In this document: positions 1 to 9,800 of the stretch, one piece after another
How the letters are laid out: each line of letters begins with the position of its first letter
Position numbering within the stretch: position 1 is the stretch's first letter
Origin: a virus
Strand: one strand, 5' to 3'
IMG/VR virus record: IMGVR_UViG_3300030098_005409
Length of the DNA: 64,000 bases
Notes under the pieces: model-generated
Told to the model about the DNA's origin: nothing
What the model saw: only the letters and a program-made list of their open reading frames with translations
Database searches by the model: none
Position numbers and translations under genes: made by a program

Positions 1-42
1 GAGAATGTTTGAATTTACTGCTTCGTATCTTTTTGATGCCAT
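1..42 (-). CDS. 5' start of next gene, truncated by window edge (MASKRYEAVNSNIL...)
   Basis: ATG at 42 directly after TAG-TAA ending the upstream gene; open to the window edge; only 14 codons visible. Confidence 0.45.
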   Translation of the reverse strand, partial: MASKRYEAVNSNIL

Positions 43-44
43 TA

Positions 45-2876
45 CTAGTACCCGCCTCCACCGGAGCCGCCAGGAGCAGGGGATGTTGTCCTTCTCGGTG
101 CGACAGTTGCTGTCTCTGACCTTTGGCGCGAGCTTTCAGTCGGTTCCGACGTCGTTAAGGGTGCAGCTGGTCGACTTGAAAGATATTCAGACATCACCGC
201 TTCGGAGGCTCCTTTAATGTTGAGACTTTCATTAAATAGTTTTGTTACGTTTTTGTTTATTGTTTTCATTACGCGGTCAGAGCTAATATTTCCCGTCGTT
301 GTCCTTGGATCCTGATCTCCCAATATAAACATTTCGTCATATTTCTCTAATTTAAATTTGTTCGGCACGTTTAAGACATTGTTGGGTTCGGTAAGCCTAC
401 AAAGAACCGGGTTATTAGAATTCCTAAGTGTATCAAAATTTTGCGCCGTCATGGGCGCCCATGAGTCGCCATTACCCACAGAGTATTCTATCTTTACGAC
501 TGAATTAAAATTAAGGTTTTTTTCTAGAACATTAAGACTATCAAAGTTTTCTGGTGACTTTGTCAGTTGCTCGTAAGCCAGGGATCCAAAAATTGCCTCT
601 TCATTAACAGGCTTCACATTTTTGAAGTCAGTTGCTTTTTGTTGAATGGCAAATTGTATTAAGTTGTTATCAATATAGTCAGATCTGCGTCTGCTCATTT
701 GTTTTATTTTTGATTCTAAGCTTCCCGAAGCTGCAGCGGTGGCACTTTTATTATCTTTGACGAACACGCTGGTGCTTGAAAAATAATCTGATGAATCCGC
801 TCGGCCGCTACCCTTGTCTGACGGTTTCTGATTGTATATGCTTTTGAGAGGTATGGTGCCCGGGGCAAACATGATTCCACTAACACCCAGTAAAGATTGA
901 ATAGCATCAGATTGACTATCCTTTAGATTAGAATTGGCTTTAAAGTTTTTTGATTTTGTTGAAACTACTTCGTTAGCTTGTAACAAATCTAATGATTTAT
1001 TAAGTGAGTTTTCCTTTTGTACCTTGAATGATGTGGTATTGGTTTTAACCTCACTAGGCGAGATGAACCCAAATTTGTTTATCTCTATATTGTTTGTCAA
1101 CGCAACATCATATTTAGCTTCTTCGCTAATAATTCTGTTTTTAAACTGATCAAAACCAATTCTACTTAATCCTGAATCTGATTGTTGGACATCGTTTCCT
1201 AGGTAATCAAACCCCGCTTTGTTCGACAAAGAATTCAGGTAATTCTTTTTTATGTCCGAAACAACTTTGAGCTTTCTCACTAGGGGTTCGGATCCCGCGA
1301 TTGATGAATTAAAGTTTTGGCTCTTTTGAATTTTACCTGTCGACTTATTAGATGTTTTATGGATCATTACCTCCACAAAATCATTTAATATTTTATTGAA
1401 CTCCGACAGAGACTTTTGGCTAGCCGAATATGGGCTGGCGAATGTAAGCATGTTTTGTGCTATTAAGCCAACCGGGATAGGTCCGACGCGGGCGCCAAAA
1501 ACGAACTGTAAGATCGCTATGTAAGCCTCAAGAGATGACTTCCAACTTTTGTCGGCTGCTAGCTCCGCTTCTCTCGCTATAGTGTTTTGCTGAACATCAA
1601 AACCTTTTTTGCCGTAATTGTTGAATTTTAAATTATAAGATTGAGCGATTGTTATTTTATCTTGAAGGTCGCTAATCATTTCAGACACTATCTTTAATGA
1701 ATTATCATTTATTTCAATTTCAATATCGTAATGATAGTACCCTTCAATCTCATCCTGCATTTGATTATCCACTATTAGCAGTGGCATAATGTTCACTCCA
1801 TTATCAGATGCATTGGCTCGTATAACTTTAACCGAACCATCCGACAGGGTTCCGACCAATCTTCGGGGTGCCCTGCTGCTTATAGTCTGCTCGCCCACTG
1901 GTCTTATAGGCGTTAGGTAGTTGCCAAAGCTTGTAGATTCAATTTCATGCCGATAAACTTTTATGTCCAAAATATCTACAACTGATAATAGCGCCGTGTT
2001 GTTGTCGAACAAGTAAGATAGTGCGGCGTTACTTCTAACATACCGAAGGAAGTGGAAATCAGCACAGACTCTCACTGACCCGTTTTTTGTCCGAGAATAG
2101 CTTACATTATTGAAATACTCTCTTAAGGGCGCGGATTTACGAAGTTTTGAACTAATCAAGGAGTTTACAACAGAGGTGCGATAATCTTTAATTTTTTGAT
2201 TTGGTACCTCAAATTCTTCAAGTCTCGGATGGCGCTTATCGCTATGGGTGGAGCCCGCCATCAATCCTGTTTGACTGTGTCGATGGACCGGTCCTGTCCA
2301 GACATCCCCCTCGGTGCCGAAGCCTTCGACTGTTTCTAGTAATTTGTATATAACGGATGTTCTGTTTATAGTGCCGGCAGTCTTTACTCTTTCCACCAAA
2401 TAACGACTAATGTTAAAATTTGTGCCCAAATATAACTGCTGGTCAGTGATTATTTCACTGGTGAAGCACAAGATTGAGAGGTGTTGTAATGGAATTGTGC
2501 TTTTAATCACTATAGGTACATCCACTACTTTAGAAAAGATTGTGGAATCTTCTTTGCTGTTGAAGTATGTTCTAGATCCTTCTTTCGACAAATTATTAAT
2601 GTGAATATTCTTGATTAGATCAGACTTCCTATAGACATATTTTTTGACCATATCACCGATACTTAAGACAGACTCCTCATTTTCGCTGGTGATAGCAGAG
2701 ACATTAAGGTTGAACGTCGTGTTATAAGTTGGCGATGTTGTTTGCACAAGCACGCGAACAACTATATTAAATTCTCTTATCTGCTCCTCTTGCTGCTCGG
2801 AGGGCAAGATATCTATCTCCTTAATCAAAACAGTAGGCAGGTTTGTATCGTAGATGCCTTTTGAAATATTCAACAT
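45..2876 (-). CDS. large hypothetical protein, probably virion structural
   Basis: 943-codon ORF; ATG at 2876 overlaps the upstream stop (TAATG); lies in tail/baseplate block; no recognisable domain. Confidence 0.75.
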   Translation of the reverse strand: MLNISKGIYDTNLPTVLIKEIDILPSEQQEEQIREFNIVVRVLVQTTSPTYNTTFNLNVSAITSENEESVLSIGDMVKKYVYRKSDLIKNIHINNLSKEGSRTYFNSKEDSTIFSKVVDVPIVIKSTIPLQHLSILCFTSEIITDQQLYLGTNFNISRYLVERVKTAGTINRTSVIYKLLETVEGFGTEGDVWTGPVHRHSQTGLMAGSTHSDKRHPRLEEFEVPNQKIKDYRTSVVNSLISSKLRKSAPLREYFNNVSYSRTKNGSVRVCADFHFLRYVRSNAALSYLFDNNTALLSVVDILDIKVYRHEIESTSFGNYLTPIRPVGEQTISSRAPRRLVGTLSDGSVKVIRANASDNGVNIMPLLIVDNQMQDEIEGYYHYDIEIEINDNSLKIVSEMISDLQDKITIAQSYNLKFNNYGKKGFDVQQNTIAREAELAADKSWKSSLEAYIAILQFVFGARVGPIPVGLIAQNMLTFASPYSASQKSLSEFNKILNDFVEVMIHKTSNKSTGKIQKSQNFNSSIAGSEPLVRKLKVVSDIKKNYLNSLSNKAGFDYLGNDVQQSDSGLSRIGFDQFKNRIISEEAKYDVALTNNIEINKFGFISPSEVKTNTTSFKVQKENSLNKSLDLLQANEVVSTKSKNFKANSNLKDSQSDAIQSLLGVSGIMFAPGTIPLKSIYNQKPSDKGSGRADSSDYFSSTSVFVKDNKSATAAASGSLESKIKQMSRRRSDYIDNNLIQFAIQQKATDFKNVKPVNEEAIFGSLAYEQLTKSPENFDSLNVLEKNLNFNSVVKIEYSVGNGDSWAPMTAQNFDTLRNSNNPVLCRLTEPNNVLNVPNKFKLEKYDEMFILGDQDPRTTTGNISSDRVMKTINKNVTKLFNESLNIKGASEAVMSEYLSSRPAAPLTTSEPTESSRQRSETATVAPRRTTSPAPGGSGGGGY

Positions 2877-3859
2877 TAGCAAGGCTCCTCGTTATCAGAA
2901 GTATACAAATCTCTTGAGAGTTGAGTTCTGGCAATCGTACCTTTAAGGGTGCTATCTTTTATACCCAATCTTTGGATTACCTCGTTGGGCATCTCAGAGT
3001 CAACAAATATGTTTGCAAAGAATTCAACCTTTTGATCACTTAAGTCTTCGTCTAAGTTATCGGACGCGAGGAAGGTTTTTTGTGTATATGTGCCATCGGA
3101 ACCCGATAGGAAAACTTCGATTTCAAAATTTTCTTTCAAATTGTCAGTATTTCTCTCAACGACATCCAGAACTAAATAATCTTCCTGCAAGTACAAAGAA
3201 ACACCAGTATCATTATCTTCCGTTAAGCGAACTATTTTGGCCGCTTCCTCAGATGTAAAATCATCCATTTCGTCATCGGATGAATAAAAAGATTTGTAAT
3301 CTATCGTTACATCAATTTGTGGGATATTTCGTACAATACCGTCTGCCAAACTGGTATTGCTGGCTGTAAGGTTAACTGTCTGATAATACTGACTGGAGGA
3401 TATTTCATTCTCAAGCGCATTGATGTGCCATGCCGGCGCATATTGCGTCTTAAGGTCGCTGGTTCCTAATGGGTCAGACCCTAGAAAAAACTTTTGTGCA
3501 AACTGCGGGGTGTCCTGGAACACGTTTACAAAATCAACCGAGTTTTCTGATATAACATATTGTCCAGTGGCGCTATCTTTCTCTTGTAAGGGCCCGGAAA
3601 CATCATCCAGAAACTGATTGACCCTTGTTTCAGCCCCTGTTGTGCTTTTTTGAACTTTAAGAGCGGGTGTATCGAATCGTATTCTTCTGTCAGCGTGGTT
3701 CTGACCTTCAGAAAATCCGGCTGCCTCTGTATTGTACAGAATATCATCGTCAAAAAAAGCATAAAATGCTGGCTTAAAGCGTCCAAGCTCTAGCTTTTTC
3801 TTGCCATATTCAGTTAGCTTAAATTCTAACACCTCTTCTTTTTTATCAAAAAAGCTCAT
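2876..3859 (-). CDS. conserved phage structural protein (tail/baseplate region)
   Basis: 327 aa; N-terminus FFDKKEEVLEFKLTEYGKKKL...YAFFDDDILY resembles proteins I recall from large aquatic phages; ATGA overlap with upstream gene. Confidence 0.65.
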   Translation of the reverse strand: MSFFDKKEEVLEFKLTEYGKKKLELGRFKPAFYAFFDDDILYNTEAAGFSEGQNHADRRIRFDTPALKVQKSTTGAETRVNQFLDDVSGPLQEKDSATGQYVISENSVDFVNVFQDTPQFAQKFFLGSDPLGTSDLKTQYAPAWHINALENEISSSQYYQTVNLTASNTSLADGIVRNIPQIDVTIDYKSFYSSDDEMDDFTSEEAAKIVRLTEDNDTGVSLYLQEDYLVLDVVERNTDNLKENFEIEVFLSGSDGTYTQKTFLASDNLDEDLSDQKVEFFANIFVDSEMPNEVIQRLGIKDSTLKGTIARTQLSRDLYTSDNEEPC

Positions 3860-6800
3860 TCTATATCTTCCGAAATGTATCTTACTGTTTCGTCAATCTT
3901 AACTAGTTCAACAAGAGAGAAGTAATCGTAAGGCCAGTTATAGCTGTAGTCTCCCACGGTTTCTGGGAAGGCTGACGTATCTTCAGTGACAAGCGATCTT
4001 CGGTATTTGTCATAAGATTTTTGTGCGCGTTTCTTGACCTTGAAAACCATCCACCGAATCTCATCTGAATCGCTAGCCAAAAGCTCAAGAACTTGTTTAT
4101 CATCAATGACAACTTCTTTTTGCTCAAACTTATCTCCTATGTCCGGTGGCAGGTTCTGCCACATGTCAGTAATGTCCTTCTGTGTTAGAGTGGCTGAGAA
4201 TTCAAATCCGTACATTAAAATAGGTGTAACGGTTTGGTTTATCACAAAATCAAACTTTGGCGGGAACACATATTTTTGCAATAGTCTTACAGTATCAGAG
4301 TATTGTTGGTTGTCTTTGTTTATTGGGAAGAACTCTCTGCGGTTCGCAACAGTCTTGAAGGGGATAGCTATAACTGCCTCTTCTAGTAACCCCGCGGTCT
4401 TGGGGTTTCCTATTCTCTTCGGCACACCGGTTTCAAACCCAACAACCTCTGCTAGTGAAAATTGTCCTGCTGGGGCGCCCTCTTTAATTCTAAGGAAGAT
4501 CCCTTCATTTTCTTGAGTTGGAAGTCTGCCATACTGGTGCCACATCCCATTAGTTTTAATTTGCGCCGAGCTAGAGAGCCCGGAATCGACAAAGCTAGCT
4601 GGTTGACTAGCGACAGTTACATTAGCAAAATTCAAAACAGGTGTTTCAAACTTTGATTGTAGTAGCCAAACTTTCTTCTGCTCATTAGTGCCTTCTGGAA
4701 CCTCTGTGAAGAACTGCGCTACATTAAACGAATCTCCAATGTTAACACTAACCTTGTCTTCCACATCCCATGGGTACGTAGTGGTATAGGTTATCTTTGC
4801 ATTTGATAAAATTTCGTCTAAGGTAGGCAATCCAGTCCTCGGCGCCTCGAACACAAAGTCTACACTTGCTGCGCCGTGATAGTAAGGAGGTACAACATGA
4901 TTAAAACTAGCAGACTGGGCTGCGTAGGTGCCCACGTCAAGCCCTTGACCAATTGGGTATCCAAATGCAGATTCTCTGGCGTACAAATCAAAAGCAGATC
5001 GATCAACATTCAGATTTGAATCTAAGGTTCTAAACAGGTCCGCTCTCATACGATATACGGAACCACTGGTCACAGTGTGGAATTGATCTTCTCGCTTGGA
5101 TCTGAACGATGTTAAGCCATCCATGAAGAAATTAGTTGTTTCGCACAAGAAGTTATCAATTGCCAACTCATAAAATTTTTGACCAGCGTTAATCTTAAAA
5201 AAGTCGGAGCCAGAGATGGGCGGCGATAGGGCGTGACGATTGTATAGCTGATCTTGATTACCAATTCCAGTGTCATAAACCGCTCCAGATCCAGAAATAA
5301 ACCCTTTCTCTAAAAATGCCAAGGGTCTCTGTACTGTTTCAAATGGCAATTTTTGTATTTGATATCCACTATTTTTAGAATTTGTTGGATCATTGGAAAT
5401 TACATTTAATAGCTTGTCATACTGTACGGTTCCTTCTGGAAGATGAGTTTGGACGCAGCTAGCGGTCGGAATACTTTCGTTCGCCTTAATATCCGAGTCA
5501 TTTGAGCCCGTGTTGGTAAGGACATAATTACTGACCGCAAGTCCAGATTTAATTGTATTAAACAAAATCCCTGGAGCTACAAGAGGCTCAAGAAATGTCC
5601 GGTATACTGCCTCTCTTCGGGTCGCGGCGCTTCCTGCAGTATCAACCTCGATATGGTCTCCGTAGGACTTCGACAGAATAGTTGCTAGTTCCAACGTTCT
5701 TTCAGCGGGGTAAAAACCCTTGTAAGGAAGGAACTTAATCATCGCATTACAACTAAGGGATAATTTATCTCTTTTAATTTTTAGATCTTCAGATCTCTTA
5801 TCGTGTAATGAATCGTCTACAACACTAAAGTATTTGATAAAATCAGAATTCGTGTACGTTTTAAAGAAATCAGAATTTGAACTATCATATATGGATGCGC
5901 CGGTCAAATTAAAGATGTTGTCGACATCAGCCAAAAAATCTCCCGACTTTGTGTCAATATAGGTTTCAATTAATTCGCTTATTCTAAATTCCGGGACGAT
6001 TGAATGATCCTTGCCAATTACAGCAATTCTTTCTGAGTAAGATGAATACTCTTCGTATGGCTTCTTTCCTGACTGCTGGGCTGCTAGCCATTCTGCGTCA
6101 CCGGCGTATACATATGGACTACTGGCGGCGGCGCTGGAAGATCCTGCCGGGACACGCGAGGCATACACCGGGGAAGCCTGAATGAATTTGCTTGCACCGG
6201 AGAATCTCCCATAAAATCTTGAATAAACATTCAACAATTCGCCCGAACCGGAGGTCGAGAGAAGTGCGCTGGGCGAGACGCCAGCTTGCTGGGAGTACGT
6301 GGTAGTAAAGTCTAGGTGACCATCAAGAGGCCATATACTTTCTCCAAATATTTCTGCTCCTTGAGAGTTGACATGCGGAGTCGAGGTAAACACACTAACA
6401 AAAACTGAGGGAGTTCGCTCTGATCTTGTATCGTTCCAAATGTTGGCGATAGTATATTTAGTTCGTCTTCTTACGATATTCTTGTAAGTATTTATCTCAG
6501 AAGGATATGCTCTTTCCTTGTAATCAATAATTGTACTTAGCTGGCTAGACGTTACAAACTGGAATACTCTATTCAAAGAGTTATTTGTTAAATCTGGAGC
6601 AGGGATATTCAAACGATTGTTCAAAGACTCATTGGAGAAAAAGTCTAGTTCGTTTCCATACGTTACCATCAGTGAAACGTTGTTGAGCGGATCCGAGTTC
6701 TCTGTATTATCCTCAAGCATTACGCTTGTAGGCGCATAGCGGCTACTAACTGGTTGCTCGGTGTAATCAACAAAGCCATTAGATTTTAGACCACGAACAA

Positions 6801-9800
6801 ACTGGTACTTTGTACCATCGGTCAATATAACGGGTACTTGCGGTGGCGGGATTACCAAGCCGATCTGATTTGTCTCGCGTAAGGTTCTGGCAACTTTTGT
6901 TTCCCCAGTTCGGATCTGTTTCCAAGTTGGATACCCATATGGACCATTTCTGCTTGTGTTAACAAAATTAAAGTAATCTGCAGCCGTGTCGAGCGGGGGA
7001 GTAACCCAGTAATCATCATTATTGTATGAGGCGCTGGCATTTACTGCTAGAGGGAACCCAAGAATATGAGAAGAAGCAGTTAGCGGATCCAGAACACGAG
7101 TTGTTAATCCGACAAAAGTTAGATCACTATAGTCTGTTCCAGAGACTATCAATTCACCTAACGTGCTGGCGCTATAATAAGTTGGCGCCTGCAAGCCAAA
7201 AATTCTAGCACCAGAAGCCAATGATGCAGTGACCCAAGAGTATTGTTGCGTAGACTGAGGTATTGCGTGTTGCACAAACAGATTGTCAAACACTGAGCTG
7301 TTTGTCCCGCCCTCTTCAACAACTGTCTTGGTGTTTCTGTTAGTCTTGTGCCATGAGGGAGTTGTTACATAAGTTAACGACGGAACAGTTCCGAAAACCG
7401 GATCATGCCCAAAGGCGCCGGCATGTAGGGTCGCTAGCTGATTGAGGCCCCGGGGTTTATCAAGTTGGTCATTAGCCCTAATTGATCCGGTCAGGCTATT
7501 ATCAGTATTAGAGCCGGATAACCCTCTGTTGATGATACCAAGATTTCTATAAGGCAGTGCGTTATAGACAGATAGTTCTTCGTGTGCTGGGTCTCTATAT
7601 CCCCGGGACATAACTTCATATGAGCCGGGGGAGGAGAACAGATTTACAAAGATAGTCTTGTTAGAATTTGCACCTGTTCGATTGGGAAGTTGATATTCTA
7701 GGTCGCCGCCAACATTTTCTGTTGATGTTTCAGTAAGCGGGAACCGGCCCCTTGTCGCTAGCGTTTCGGGATTTGCTGCAAAACTGAATGATTGATCTTG
7801 AAAGAACAAATCGTTAATAGAGCGTCCAGAAGTTTGTATAACTTGATAGTTCTTTTGATAATTGCCGATCGGGTTATGCACCAGGGTGCCAGATAGTTTA
7901 GTGCCAACCGCTGCTGTCGTCATTAGAATATTTTTAATATTTACGGGTCGCTTAGCTGTTTCATCTCGGAAGCGCTCGGCGGTCGCCAAGTCTGGCAACC
8001 AGCCGTGAGGGGCTGCGCCGGCGGGGGAATCTGGGAACGGATAGTTGGGGGGAATAATTCCGAGAGCACCTACGGCTCCGGTAGGAATTTCGGCACTGCT
8101 CGTGTCCAAACCAAGAGCTAGCCTGAACCCTTCAGCACGACTTTCTCTTGTATCTGAACCAGCATTCAATTCAGTGTGACGATAGTAGCGACCTCCGACA
8201 AACTTTTCTGTGAATGGGCTTTGTGCCGGGATATCGGTGTCAAAAACGAAATCATGGTGAAGGTTAGTGATTGTCACTCCCGGCTTATAAGAACTAGAAA
8301 TTGTGGCATTAAAAGTTGTTTGCTCAGTTGTTTCATATAGACTGAACGGCGCCAGTTTATTGCCGTTCATCTTCAGCTTATCGTTATTTCCTCTGTTGAT
8401 ATCCGGATTAAGTCCAAATCCTAGTCTTTGTTTGTAATTTGGATAAAACTCGTCACTTGTGTCTAACAAACTTTCTACATCCGTATCAAACGACAACATA
8501 ATATTTATTGGGATGTTAGAGGATGCACTAACTGGACCATAAGGCTGTGTCGCCTGAAATGTGAAATTGACATCTTTATTCTGATGCTGCCCTACACCCC
8601 CTAAAACTTTAGAGCCACCAACAGAAAACCGATACGGCCTGAGGTTTTCTCGGACTGCTACCTGATCAATAACAGACAAGATCGCACCCCTAGAATTCTC
8701 CACGGCTGTGCTTTCGGCAATTGCTGGATTATCTCTTTCCGCTTTATTCTTCCACCAAAGATACTTCTTTTTCTGATCACCATCTTCCGGCGCATGCACA
8801 TACTTCCATTTTTGAACCAGATCTCGGGTCGACAAGCCAACTGTCCTTCTTCTTGGGGCGTGAGCGGGATAGAACCCTGTTCCTTGCGGGTCATCATCGG
8901 GTGATGAAATAGCATCTCCATAATCTACATTACTTTCAAGAGATGAAGAAAATACGTTGTTCTCAGAGTCTATGAACGGGAAAACATTTCTGTATTTGCT
9001 TCTTTCTAAGGCATGGCTCTCCACAACCGTTCGCACATTGTCAGCAAAATCGGCAGAGGCAGGAACAAGCTGGCCGAGCATAAAAGACAGAGAAGAATCA
9101 AACCATTTATAGAATTCGTAGAAACGATCAAAATCTATTTCATCATTTCCTACTTTTTCAAAGAATTTTTGTCTTACAAACTTGAGTGTCTTATACTCGT
9201 CGCGATAACGATTAACGGGATTCCCAATTAAGTTATTAAAGTCCCTTAATGTTCCAAACGTATTAATCATTTCTTCAGAGATAATCTTGCTCATACTCTT
9301 TTCAAAAGCAAAGAAATAATTTATTGGTCTAGAATCGATCTTAAACTCTTTTTGATCTTGAGCGCTTAAAACCTGAACCGTCTCAGCTGGCGCTATCGTC
9401 TCCAGTTCGTTGGGTCGGGCAATAACAACAAAGTCCTTCTTGATTGCTGACGTAGAAGACGCCTCAAAGCCAAAGCCTTTCGCAGTTACTTGTTTATTAA
9501 TGACGTCTCCTATCCATCCAAATCTAGATGCCGCTAGGGCCGCGGATCCGGAAGATTCATCCTGCACCGTAAATTCACCTGATGCATTCGAGCCCGTGTT
9601 TTGGCTAAATTCCCAATTAAATGCTAGTGTGTCTAGTTTTGATACTTCACCGTATGATGCGTCCGTATCCCACGGAAATGCATATTGACTTGGGTTCAGA
9701 GCACCATGATTTTCAGTATCTAGTGCATGTTCTTCTAGGGCTTTATCTTCAACGTAATCTAACCAGAAGCGACAAGAATTAATTCTTACGTCAGAAGTCT